From contig CAYVHS010000002.1 of assembly GCA_964451495.1 (NCBI GenBank), forward strand, positions 5,932 to 69,931: DNA of 64,000 nucleotides. The letters are read 5' to 3'. The notes beneath the pieces are model-generated. The model searched no databases and was not told the origin of the DNA. It saw only the letters and a list, made by a program, of their open reading frames with translations. The position numbers were made by a program, and so were the translations under genes. Below, in pieces: positions 19,336-28,487 of the stretch. Every line of letters starts with the position of its first letter. The first letter of the stretch is position 1. The DNA is from an uncultured Bdellovibrionales bacterium. Lineage in GTDB: Bacteria; Patescibacteriota; Minisyncoccia; Moranbacterales; UBA1568.

Positions 19336-19893
19336 TCACTCTGCCGGGGAGAGAACTTGATGACCAGCAAAATAGTAGCCAGCCTCCTCGAGTGTTTGAG
19401 AGGAGAGGCACCACCCCTTGCGGAATCCGTGGTAGTCAGGATTATCGCGAGAGATAACCACAGTATAGATTCTTCTGTTTTTTCCTAAAACATAGCAGAG
19501 GGTCGCGCGACTGTTCGTGAGTAGCAAACCAAGCCTCCAGAAGGGTTGTGCTGTGATAAGCGCTGCGATGCCTTCAAGACTAGACAAGCGTATAGTTTTA
19601 GGCAGCTCTTGCTTCAGTGCCTGAGCGCTGGCGTTCTCTTTGATGAGCCAGGCCACGTAGCGACGCTCCGGAGCAAAATACACCATCGATCTACCCCTCA
19701 AGTCGAGATTGTCTGCAAAGGCCTTGTCAATATAGAGCCCTTTGCGAGTCTGATAGAACGCTTCCGTATTAAAAGGTCTAGTCCTAGCCTGAACAATTGC
19801 TTGGGCAACAGGTTTAAGAAGCCTCGTTTCGGCGGGCACCGGGTCAACCAATGCTAACTTTTCCCGCGCTGCTTTGCTAAACCGAATCATCAC
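19336..19893 (-). CDS. hypothetical protein (185 aa)
   Basis: Clean ORF; no motifs recognised. Confidence 0.4.
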   Translation of the reverse strand: MMIRFSKAAREKLALVDPVPAETRLLKPVAQAIVQARTRPFNTEAFYQTRKGLYIDKAFADNLDLRGRSMVYFAPERRYVAWLIKENASAQALKQELPKTIRLSSLEGIAALITAQPFWRLGLLLTNSRATLCYVLGKNRRIYTVVISRDNPDYHGFRKGWCLSSQTLEEAGYYFAGHQVLSPAE

Positions 19894-20069
19894 CGTCTCC
19901 TTTCAATGAACTTTTCCCTTGAACACCAGGAAATGAGGCGTTTCGCAGTTTTTCCTACGAATTACTATTATTGTGCTTTTTTACGATTGTGTCAAAAAAA
20001 TGACTATGTTGAGGGATTCTCTGCGCACTGTCGGTAGTGCTTTTTTATCATTTCTCCTATTTTTTCATG

Positions 20070-20103
20070 CACACTATAATATCCGACCGGATATTATAGT
20101 GTG
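20070..20103. repeat. 34-bp perfect palindrome (16-bp arms, 2-nt centre) in the dnaE upstream intergenic region
   Basis: CACACTATAATATCCG-AC-CGGATATTATAGTGTG. It is not followed by a U-run on either strand. Confidence 0.8.
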
Positions 20104-20319
20104 CAGACTAAAAAATAATAATACGATTTAGACAAACACCCCCGGCCACCGCCACCCAGGGTTTTCGTTTTTTCAAAGAAAGATGTAGAATAGAGATACA
20201 GTAATCTTCCCTGCAAAACCCGAAGGTTAATCCTGGGCTATGAGGGAACATACACTCTATGAAAAATGTCTTTATATTATCATGTTACTCCAGATTTTCT
20301 CAGTCTGGTTTTTATTTTT

Positions 20320-20440
20320 AAAAATTTTAAATTTACAATTCTTAATTTTCAAACAATTTTCAATGTTTAAAGTCTTTAATTGAAGAATTAAGAAATTGAG
20401 AATTGTTTGAAAATTAAAAATTGAGAATTAAAAAAATTAA
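20320..20440. repeat. AT-rich inverted-repeat element (core TTTTCAAACAAT in both orientations), copy 1, immediately upstream of dnaE
   Basis: AATTCTTAATTTTCAAACAATTTTCAATG … GAATTGTTTGAAAATTAA. A related copy lies at 35766..35882. Confidence 0.6.
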
Positions 20441-20446
20441 ATTGCT

Positions 20447-23400
20447 ATGCAATTTACACATCTCCATGTCCATTCCCACTATTCTCTCCTCACTGCCCTC
20501 CCCAAGGTCGATGATCTGCTGAAACGCGCGCAAGAGCTCGGTATGACAGCGCTCGCGCTCACGGATACCTCGGCTATGTATGGCTCAGTCGAATTTTACA
20601 TGCATGCCAAGGACTACGGTATCAAACCGATTATCGGCGCCGAAATTTTCGTCTGCAAAGACCTCCATAGCAAAAACAATACCGCCGAAGACCGACGACG
20701 TCATCAGCTCGTACTCTTGGCCAAAAACAACATCGGCTACAAGAATCTCATGAAGATTATTTCCATAGCCCAGCTCGATGGTTTTTATTACAAAGCTCGT
20801 GCCGACAAAAAACTTCTGAGGCAATACGGCGAGGGAATCATCGCGCTCTCTGGGTCTATGCAGGGCGAGGTGCCATCCGAAATCATCTACGGTAATTATG
20901 AGCGGGCCAAGGCAGCTGCTCTCGAATACCAAGACATCTTTGGGAAAGACAATTTCTATCTCGAGCTCGGTCCGCACATGAACTACGAAAACCAAGTGGC
21001 CGCCAACCAAGGACTCGTCCAGATTAGTCGTGAAACAGGCATACCAGTAGTCGCCGCCGTCGATGTCCATTATGTAAAAAAAGAAGACGCTGCCATCCAG
21101 GACGTTCTCCTCTGCATCCGTGACAACAAAAAGGTGACTGATACGGAACGGTTCAGCATGATGGCACTCGATCTCTCCCTCCGCTCTGCCGAAGATATGG
21201 CAGAAATATTCAAAAATGCTCCAGATGCTATCGAAAATACACAGAAAATCGCCGACGCCTGCAACGTCACCATCAAACTTGGAGAAAATCAACTCCCCTC
21301 ATTCCCCTTGCCAGCAGGGCAAACCGCTGAAGAAATGCTTCGAGAACTCTGCGAGGCTGGTCTCGCCAAACGCTTCCCCGGACAGACAATCACTGAGGAG
21401 CAGCGCACCCGTCTCGATTATGAACTCTCCATCATCGAGAAAACTGGTTTCGCCTCCTACTTCTTGATCGTGCAAGATTTCACCAACTGGGCCAAAAATA
21501 ACGGTGTTGTCGTCGGCCCTGGCCGTGGTTCAGCTGCTGGATCGTTCGTCGCGTATCTGACTGCTATCACTGATCTCGATCCAATCAAGTATGATCTCCT
21601 CTTCGAACGTTTCCTCAATCCTGAACGTATCTCGATGCCGGACGTCGATATGGACTTCGCCGACGATCGCCGCGAAGCGGTGCTCGACTATGTGAAGCAG
21701 AGATACGGCAACGATCATGTCGCTCAGATCATCACATTTGGGACCATGGCAGCTCGTGGCTCTATCCGTGACGTTGGTCGCGCGCTCGGTATACCGCTTG
21801 CGCTCTGCGACCAGACGGCCAAGATGATTCCTATGTTTACCTCGATCAAAAAAGCACTCGAAGAGGTACACGAATTCAAACAACACTACGAAAGCAACCC
21901 CGATGCCAAGCGTCTCATCGATGCAGCGCAAAATATCGAGGGGCTCGCTCGCCACACGTCGATGCATGCCTGTGGTGTCGTCATCACCAAAGATCCGGTC
22001 ACCGAATACACCCCGCTCCAGCGCATCTCTGGATCACGCGAAGGAGTCGTTACTCAATATGCCTCCTCGACCAAAGCCAACGCTGTAGAAAAGATTGGCC
22101 TCCTCAAGATGGACTTCCTCGGTCTCAAGAACCTCACGATCATCCAGAACACCCTCCGCATCGTACGAGCCCTGGGCAAACTCAAACCGCTCGCAGAAAA
22201 ACTCGGTCTCGATGCCGAAACTGCTTCTGTATCCGATATCATGAGCCGCCTGCCCCAAGATGACGAAGCGACTTTCAAGCTTCTCCAAGACGCACATACA
22301 ACCGGCGTGTTCCAGCTCGAAAGCTCTGGCATGAAACGCTATCTGAAACAGCTCAAGCCATCCGTCTTCGAGGACATCATCGCGATGGTCGCCCTCTATC
22401 GCCCCGGACCGATGGACTACATACCCGACTTCATCAATGGCAAACACGGTACTATCCAAGTCAAATACCTCCATCCGAAACTCGAACCGATTCTCAAGAA
22501 CACCTACGGTGTCGCCGTCTACCAGGAACAACTCATGCAAATCGCCCGAGACCTAGCTGGATTTTCTCTCGGCGAAGCAGACGTACTCCGCAAAGCTGTC
22601 GGCAAAAAAATCGTCGAACTTGTTGCCGAACAGCGCGAAAAATTTATCGACGGCTGTATCAAGACGGGTGTCGGAAAATCCATCGGAGAAAAAGTTTTCG
22701 CCTTCATCGAGCCATTCGCGGGTTACGGATTCAATCGTTCCCATGCCGCGTGCTATGCACTCATCGGGTATCAGACTGCCTACCTCAAAGCGCATTACCC
22801 AGCAGAATTCATGGCCGCCCTCCTCACGAGCGATCAAAATGATACTGATCGTGTCGCTATTGAAGTGCGCGAAGCTCGCGAAATCGGACTCGACGTCCTC
22901 CCCCCATCTATCAATGAAAGCTTCGAGGATTTTGCCGTTATCGTAGGAGACGATGGTATAGAACGTGTCCGCTTCGGTCTCAATGCTATCAAAAATGTCG
23001 GGTCCGTCTGTGCCGAAGAGATCGTAAAAGTTCGTAAAACCCACGGGAAGTTCAAGACCCTCGAAAGCTTCATCGAATACGTCCAGACAAAAGACCTCAA
23101 CAAACGCTCTCTCGAAGCCCTGGCCAAAGTAGGGGCACTGGAAGACTTCGGCGAACGCAATCAGCTGCTCGAAAGTATCGATGACATCTTGCGTCATGGC
23201 AAGAATCTGAAGACTATCGCTGATACGCATGCCGACAGCCTCTTTGGCGACATGGCTATGCCGATCAGCGAGATTCAGCTTTCCCCTGCTATCCCCGCTA
23301 CAAAAAAAATGCGTCTCGGATGGGAGAAAGAGCTCCTCGGCCTCTATGTCAGCGACCACCCGACCAGCGAATACCAAGAATATTTCAACAAGACGATTAC

Positions 23401-23965
23401 TCCACTCCGTGATATCGAGAAAAAACCCGATGGCAGCCGGATCGATATTGGTGGCGTCATCACAGCTGTCCGCAAAGTCCTCACCAAAAATGGCAGTACC
23501 ATGTTTTTCATCGGCCTCGAAGACATGACAGGCCGAACAGAAATCCTCGTCTTTGGCAAAGCCGCCGAACGCACGGCTGATTCTTGGATCGAGGACGAAG
23601 TCGTCATCGTCGATGTACGCATCTCACACAAAGATGGACAGGTCCGTGCCATCGCTGAGGGCGTCAAGCGCATCTCACAGACCGACGTGCACCAATTCGC
23701 CCGCGTCGAAGCAACTCGAGCAAAAATAGAAAAAGATGCGACTCCGGCTACTCCGGATAATCGCATCGTTATTGCCGTCAGAAATGACGCCCCAGCCAAG
23801 ATCATCGAGGTTCTCTCGCATCTCCTCAAGACGATCCCTGTAGGCAATAAAAAAGTAGCTGTCAAAATCCAAGGCGCTACCATTGAAACCACCTTCTCTA
23901 TCGAGCCCCTAGAAACCCATCTCGCCCAGATACGTTCTATCGAAGGAATTGCCTCTGTCGAGTAA
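20447..23965 (+). CDS. dnaE: DNA polymerase III alpha subunit
   Basis: 1172 aa. N-terminal PHP domain (HLHVHSHYSLL), a polymerase core and an OB-fold region are present. Confidence 0.95.
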   Translation: MQFTHLHVHSHYSLLTALPKVDDLLKRAQELGMTALALTDTSAMYGSVEFYMHAKDYGIKPIIGAEIFVCKDLHSKNNTAEDRRRHQLVLLAKNNIGYKNLMKIISIAQLDGFYYKARADKKLLRQYGEGIIALSGSMQGEVPSEIIYGNYERAKAAALEYQDIFGKDNFYLELGPHMNYENQVAANQGLVQISRETGIPVVAAVDVHYVKKEDAAIQDVLLCIRDNKKVTDTERFSMMALDLSLRSAEDMAEIFKNAPDAIENTQKIADACNVTIKLGENQLPSFPLPAGQTAEEMLRELCEAGLAKRFPGQTITEEQRTRLDYELSIIEKTGFASYFLIVQDFTNWAKNNGVVVGPGRGSAAGSFVAYLTAITDLDPIKYDLLFERFLNPERISMPDVDMDFADDRREAVLDYVKQRYGNDHVAQIITFGTMAARGSIRDVGRALGIPLALCDQTAKMIPMFTSIKKALEEVHEFKQHYESNPDAKRLIDAAQNIEGLARHTSMHACGVVITKDPVTEYTPLQRISGSREGVVTQYASSTKANAVEKIGLLKMDFLGLKNLTIIQNTLRIVRALGKLKPLAEKLGLDAETASVSDIMSRLPQDDEATFKLLQDAHTTGVFQLESSGMKRYLKQLKPSVFEDIIAMVALYRPGPMDYIPDFINGKHGTIQVKYLHPKLEPILKNTYGVAVYQEQLMQIARDLAGFSLGEADVLRKAVGKKIVELVAEQREKFIDGCIKTGVGKSIGEKVFAFIEPFAGYGFNRSHAACYALIGYQTAYLKAHYPAEFMAALLTSDQNDTDRVAIEVREAREIGLDVLPPSINESFEDFAVIVGDDGIERVRFGLNAIKNVGSVCAEEIVKVRKTHGKFKTLESFIEYVQTKDLNKRSLEALAKVGALEDFGERNQLLESIDDILRHGKNLKTIADTHADSLFGDMAMPISEIQLSPAIPATKKMRLGWEKELLGLYVSDHPTSEYQEYFNKTITPLRDIEKKPDGSRIDIGGVITAVRKVLTKNGSTMFFIGLEDMTGRTEILVFGKAAERTADSWIEDEVVIVDVRISHKDGQVRAIAEGVKRISQTDVHQFARVEATRAKIEKDATPATPDNRIVIAVRNDAPAKIIEVLSHLLKTIPVGNKKVAVKIQGATIETTFSIEPLETHLAQIRSIEGIASVE

Positions 23966-24116
23966 AACACAATCTTCAAAACACAAATCTGCTCGCTAGC
24001 AACCAAACAAAACACACCTCCATACATAGTTTGTGTTTTAAAGATTTTTCTGTGTTTTTTTTTGGTTTTTGTGTACTGTGTTTTGTGTTTTTTCAACTTT
24101 ATGCCATACTAGCGCG

Positions 24117-25019
24117 ATGAAAAACACTACCATGAAAACTATCGTCATCATCGGACCGACGGCCTCTGGCAAGTCGGATTTGGCAATTCTCCTTTCTCGA
24201 AAATATAACGGTGAGATTATTTCGACAGATAGCCGCCAGGTCTACCGCGGCATGGACATCGGCACCGGCAAAGTGACCAAAGCTGAGCAAAAACTCGCCC
24301 CCCATCACCTGATCGATGTAGCGTCACCCAGACGAAGCTACAACATTTCCCACTTTATTCGCGACGCTAAAAAAACGATGGCTGACATCCAAAAACGCGG
24401 CCGAGTGCCGATCATCTGCGGGGGTACGCATTTCTGGATACAAGCGCTCATCACGGGCGACATACTTCCCCCAGTCAAACCCGATCTCGCACTCCGAAAA
24501 AAGCTCGACCAACTCTCAGCAGACAAGCTCTTCTCTCTCCTCAAAAAGAAAGATCCCAAGCGCGCCAAAGATATCGACCAAAAAAATAAAGTGCGTCTCA
24601 TTCGCTCCCTCGAAATCTGCGCGACACTCGGCACTGTGCCCAAAACGATAAGCAAAAAACAGCTGACAAAAAATGCGAGCGAATACATCATCATCTGCAC
24701 CGACCCAGATATCGAGACACTCCGTAAAAATATTCATCTCCGCCTCAAAAAACGTTTCCGCAAAGGTATGATTGCCGAAGTGAAGCACCTCCACGGTGAG
24801 GGTGTCAGCTTCAAAAAGCTAGAAAGTTTTGGGTTGGAATATCGTTACATCGCCCTATTCCTCCAGGGTAAACTCTCACGTGCACAGATGGAAACCAAGC
24901 TCGAGACAGAAATATGGCACTACGCCAAACGCCAATATACCTTCATCAGGCGAATGGAAAAATCTGGCTTACAAATCCACCGAATTGCCGACCCGAAAGA
25001 AGTATTCCTACTTGTATAA
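24117..25019 (+). CDS. miaA: tRNA dimethylallyltransferase (start at MKNTTMKTIVIIGPTASGKS)
   Basis: P-loop GPTASGKS plus DSRQVYRGMDIGTGK, both hallmarks of MiaA. Confidence 0.9.
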   Translation: MKNTTMKTIVIIGPTASGKSDLAILLSRKYNGEIISTDSRQVYRGMDIGTGKVTKAEQKLAPHHLIDVASPRRSYNISHFIRDAKKTMADIQKRGRVPIICGGTHFWIQALITGDILPPVKPDLALRKKLDQLSADKLFSLLKKKDPKRAKDIDQKNKVRLIRSLEICATLGTVPKTISKKQLTKNASEYIIICTDPDIETLRKNIHLRLKKRFRKGMIAEVKHLHGEGVSFKKLESFGLEYRYIALFLQGKLSRAQMETKLETEIWHYAKRQYTFIRRMEKSGLQIHRIADPKEVFLLV

Positions 25020-25024
25020 AAATG

Positions 25025-25044
25025 TACGTAACCGATTACGTACG
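25025..25044. repeat. hairpin GTACGTAA-CCGA-TTACGTAC just after the miaA stop (copy 1 of a repeated palindromic motif)
   Basis: Shares the 19-mer TACGTAAC[C/T]GATTACGTA with the hairpin at 52123..52144. Confidence 0.6.
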
Positions 25045-25342
25045 TTAATAAAGACCTCCACGAAAAAATGTCCTTGTATTGTTCAACAAAAAAACGAAAA
25101 CCGGGGATCTTCGCTGAAGATACACCCGGATTTATTGCTACTAGCGAATTATAGCCGAAACTTTGCTACAAATTCTTTGACTTCTTCTGTGTCGCCCGCC
25201 AGATACAGATCACTGGAGCAATCACTCCGCCCCCCAAGAGAGCAATAGTAATAACTATCGGTAAGATGTTTCCCACGACTTTCCCCTTCCTCGAAAGAAC
25301 CACATTAAAAAGACTTCTCTCAATACAAATACTATTATAGCA

Positions 25343-25376
25343 CAAAAAAAGAATCCTGGCAAGAGCCGAGGATTCT
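25343..25376 (-). terminator. intrinsic terminator for gatB
   Basis: On the minus strand: GAATCCTCGG-CTCTTG-CCAGGATTC followed by TTTTTTTGTG. Confidence 0.6.
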
Positions 25377-25379
25377 TTG

Positions 25380-25480
25380 ATGTTCGGGATGCTTAGGCGA
25401 GCTTTTTCTTCAGAAGTTCCATCACCTCCGCCAGCTGGCGGAGGTGGGTTAGCTTTTCCCTTGGCCTCTTTTCCGCCCAA
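25380..25480 (-). pseudogene. degenerate duplicate of the gatB 3' end, interrupted by a 24-bp GC-rich palindrome (25422..25445)
   Basis: On the minus strand the fragment encodes KGKANPP… then …ELLKKKLA-stop, echoing the genuine GatB C-terminus MKGKANPPLVLELLRKKLNS. The corresponding DNA is about 80% identical over the first 21 nt. CACCTCCGCCAG|CTGGCGGAGGTG is a perfect palindrome. Confidence 0.4.
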
Positions 25481-25495
25481 GGCGGATCTGGTATC

Positions 25496-26980
25496 TCAAC
25501 TATTCAATTTCTTCCTCAATAATTCTAATACAAGCGGCGGGTTCGCTTTTCCTTTCATCTCCTTCATCACCTGTCCCATGAGGAATTGCAAGGCATTCTG
25601 CTTACCAGCCTGGAAATCTACGACAGATTGCGCGTTTGCAGCAAGCACCGTATCGACAACCTTCTCTAATTCACTCGAATCACTCACCTGCAAGAGATTG
25701 AGTCGTTCGACGATGTGCGACGGATCATTATCGCCACCCCGATACATCTCTGCCAAGACCGTCTGCGCAGCACTTGAATTGATTTTCCCATCCGCGACCA
25801 GACCGATAAATTCAGCATAATTTTCTGGCGTAATCGGCATATCAGCAATGGACTGATTATTCTCAGTCAGGTGCTTGCGCAGTTCTGTGAGCATATAATT
25901 ATTCGCCAATTTCACAGCCCGCTCGAGCGGAGCAGTAATTTCTTTCGACTGTATCTTTTCGATCAATTCACTCACGACCGTTTCAAAATACGCAGCAAAT
26001 TCCCTTTCGCTGGTCAAGATAACGGCATCGGCCTCTGGTAAAGCATACTCTTCCACAAAACGCTTCATTTTAACATCAGGCATTTCTGGTAATGTTTGCC
26101 GTAGATTCTCGACATAAGCCTGGTCAAATTCGAACGGCGGGATATCCGGTTCTGGGAAATAACGATAATCATGAGCGGATTCTTTCTTGCGTTGTGATAC
26201 CGTCGCCTGCTTAACCTCATCCCAACCTCTCGTCTCCTGTACTACCTTCTCGCCAGCTTCGAGTAGAGCTGTCTGACGTTTGATCTCGTACTCGACCGCA
26301 CGCTCGACCGTCTTGAAAGAGTTGAGATTCTTGATTTCTGCCTTGGTCCCGGAAAGGCGATCTTTCCCTTCTTCATAAAGAGAAATATTGACTTCGCAGC
26401 GCATCTGACCCTTCTCCATATCAGCATCCGACACATCTAGGTAGCGAAGTGTCTGCTGTAATTTCTGACAGAATGCCCGAGCTTCTTTGCCAGTCGTGAT
26501 ATCCGGTTCCGTCACGAGCTCCATAAGCGGCACACCAGCCCTATTGAAATCTACCAATGTATAGTTGGCGCCAGCAGGATGGAGCGATTTGCCAGTGTCT
26601 TCTTCCATATGAATACGCGTGATGCGGAATGTCTTCGTTTCGCCACCCTCATCCACCTTCATCTCGCCCTTCTCACAGAACGGCTCATCAAACTGAGAAA
26701 TCTGATAGCCCTTGGGAATATCGGGATAAAAATAATTCTTGCGATCAAATTTTGACTTCAGGCGAAGCGTGCAGTCGAGTGCTAGTCCCACTCGCTGGAC
26801 GGACTCGATAGCCTGACGATTGGGCACTGGGAGCGTCCCTGGCTGTCCCGTACACACTGGGCAGATATGAATATTTGGCTCTGTTTCCAGTCCGAGACCA
26901 TTTTTGCAACGGCAAAACATCTTGGATGCCGTCTTCAGTTCCGCATGGACTTCCATGCCAATCGTTACATGGTATTTCAT
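25496..26980 (-). CDS. gatB: Asp-tRNA(Asn)/Glu-tRNA(Gln) amidotransferase subunit B
   Basis: MKYHVTIGMEVHAELKTASKMFCRCKNG…ICPVCTGQPGTLPV is the canonical GatB N-terminus; length is 494 aa. Confidence 0.95.
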   Translation of the reverse strand: MKYHVTIGMEVHAELKTASKMFCRCKNGLGLETEPNIHICPVCTGQPGTLPVPNRQAIESVQRVGLALDCTLRLKSKFDRKNYFYPDIPKGYQISQFDEPFCEKGEMKVDEGGETKTFRITRIHMEEDTGKSLHPAGANYTLVDFNRAGVPLMELVTEPDITTGKEARAFCQKLQQTLRYLDVSDADMEKGQMRCEVNISLYEEGKDRLSGTKAEIKNLNSFKTVERAVEYEIKRQTALLEAGEKVVQETRGWDEVKQATVSQRKKESAHDYRYFPEPDIPPFEFDQAYVENLRQTLPEMPDVKMKRFVEEYALPEADAVILTSEREFAAYFETVVSELIEKIQSKEITAPLERAVKLANNYMLTELRKHLTENNQSIADMPITPENYAEFIGLVADGKINSSAAQTVLAEMYRGGDNDPSHIVERLNLLQVSDSSELEKVVDTVLAANAQSVVDFQAGKQNALQFLMGQVMKEMKGKANPPLVLELLRKKLNS

Positions 26981-27001
26981 AGTGCACTACTTTCCAGGAT
27001 A

Positions 27002-27424
27002 TTACCCTCGCAAATGTTTAAAAAAATATTTGATGTATTTTTCGATATCGAGTTGGCTCGCATACTGCCTCACGACCAGATTGTCATTACCAGCGATGAG
27101 AGGGGAAAGAGTATTGTGATCACGTTTGCGAAAAAAACACAACACCGGTTTGCCCAAAGACTCTGCTAGTCCAATCTCATAACCTACCTCGAGCGATGGC
27201 GTCGTCACCTCGGCTATCATAACATCGGCCTCTTTCAGCCATTCCGTATTCCGCTCATACACAAGTATACTTTTCTTTTTTTCCCCTAGTTGTGGCGACT
27301 CTCTGTGAGCAAGATTTTCAGTCAACACTTCCCCACCATAACGATTCAAAAATCTTATAATCTGAAAACACCATTCTTCATCTTCGAAACTCGCATACAT
27401 CGAAGCAGCGAAATAGATTTTCAT
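27002..27424 (-). CDS. nucleoside 2-deoxyribosyltransferase-like (Rcl/NDT-fold) protein
   Basis: 140 aa. MKIYFAASMY…VGYEIGLAESLGKPVLCF matches the NDT/Rcl fold signature. Confidence 0.5.
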   Translation of the reverse strand: MKIYFAASMYASFEDEEWCFQIIRFLNRYGGEVLTENLAHRESPQLGEKKKSILVYERNTEWLKEADVMIAEVTTPSLEVGYEIGLAESLGKPVLCFFRKRDHNTLSPLIAGNDNLVVRQYASQLDIEKYIKYFFKHLRG

Positions 27425-27447
27425 ATGTTTGACGTCTCAAACGGATT

Positions 27448-27873
27448 CTATACCAGTCCCGTGCTGCCGAATCCCGCTTCTCCTCGTATCGTAGCATCTA
27501 ACTCGGCTACTTCGCAAACTTCCGCCAGCTCAACTTTTTGTATCAATATCTGGCTTATTTTGGCTCCTTTTTCAATACTATACGGCTCCGCCGAAAGATT
27601 CACGAGAATCACTTGGACTTCTCCGCGATAAGACGCGTCAATCACGCCTCCCATAGCCTTAAGTCCTCCCTTGGCTGCCACGCCCGATTTATCCCATATC
27701 AGCCCCACATACCCAGTTGGTATCGCTATGGCAATACCTGTTTTGATTGCTCGTCGATCACCAGATTGAAGCACATGCTCTTCGACAGAATACAAATCCA
27801 GCCCAGCATCATCAATATGAGCGCGCACTGGCATTTTCGCCTCTGGTACTAATTTTTTTACTTCAAGCTTCAT
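27448..27873 (-). CDS. dut: dUTP diphosphatase
   Basis: Dut motifs are present (AGLDLYS, GLIWDKSG, RGEAGFGSTG). Confidence 0.9.
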   Translation of the reverse strand: MKLEVKKLVPEAKMPVRAHIDDAGLDLYSVEEHVLQSGDRRAIKTGIAIAIPTGYVGLIWDKSGVAAKGGLKAMGGVIDASYRGEVQVILVNLSAEPYSIEKGAKISQILIQKVELAEVCEVAELDATIRGEAGFGSTGLV

Positions 27874-27876
27874 AAA

Positions 27877-28482
27877 CTATAATTCTTTATCAAAAGCTTT
27901 TCTTATAATAGCAGCTATCTCCCCCGATACTGCCTCGATACTCTGATTAGCACATACCTGTTTCCAGCCATACCGTTCTCCGAGAAGGAGATGAAAATTC
28001 TTGCATATCCTGATCCTCTCATCCGCCATCTCATTGCGATGCCCTTTCTCTATCGCCGTGTCGAAACGTTCTCCATGCATCAAAATGCAAAGATCTGGCT
28101 GATACAAATCCTGATTGATTTTCTCAAGGTATTCGAGATCGGCGCCCCATGTCAGGCCCCATGCTATCCCAGTACCGGTATAATCCTCTGCGACGATCCA
28201 TTCTCCGGCCTCAAGTCGCTTTTTGAGTTCCTCTTCATACTCCTTCCGATTTTCGGCATACTTCATTTGGAGCGCCTCGGTCGAAAGCTCGTTCTTTTCC
28301 CGAAACTCTGTATCCCGCAAATACTTATAGATGAAGGGGCCCGTTGGTTCGAGATCGTATACGGGGTATTTGAGACGACTCGCTTGTTTCCCTTGTGACT
28401 TCAGCCATGTCACCAAGAGCTCGACTTGTGTCGTCTTACCAATACCATTGATACCGTAGAGCGTGATGAGTTTACCTATCAT
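27877..28482 (-). CDS. tmk: P-loop (d)NMP kinase, thymidylate-kinase-like
   Basis: ITLYGINGIGKTTQ P-loop, about 200 aa, inside a dTTP-synthesis module. The family assignment is tentative. Confidence 0.5.
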   Translation of the reverse strand: MIGKLITLYGINGIGKTTQVELLVTWLKSQGKQASRLKYPVYDLEPTGPFIYKYLRDTEFREKNELSTEALQMKYAENRKEYEEELKKRLEAGEWIVAEDYTGTGIAWGLTWGADLEYLEKINQDLYQPDLCILMHGERFDTAIEKGHRNEMADERIRICKNFHLLLGERYGWKQVCANQSIEAVSGEIAAIIRKAFDKEL

Positions 28483-28487
28483 AAGCC

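Noticed and set aside
20070-20103. 34-bp palindrome as an intrinsic terminator
   Set aside because: There is no U-run on either strand following the hairpin. It is treated as a protein-binding palindrome instead.
20585-24096. Several long ORFs antisense to dnaE (20585..21292, 21530..21967, 22034..22540, 22553..23377, 23344..24096)
   Set aside because: All lie inside the well-supported 1172-aa dnaE frame, are low-complexity, and lack motifs. They are typical antisense shadows of a long gene with biased codon usage.
25166-25480. 104-aa minus-strand ORF (MGGKEAKGKANPPPPAGGGDG…) downstream of gatB
   Set aside because: It is low-complexity, and it spans the gatB terminator hairpin and the duplicated gatB-tail remnant with its palindrome. 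It is read-through of a non-coding scar, not a gene.
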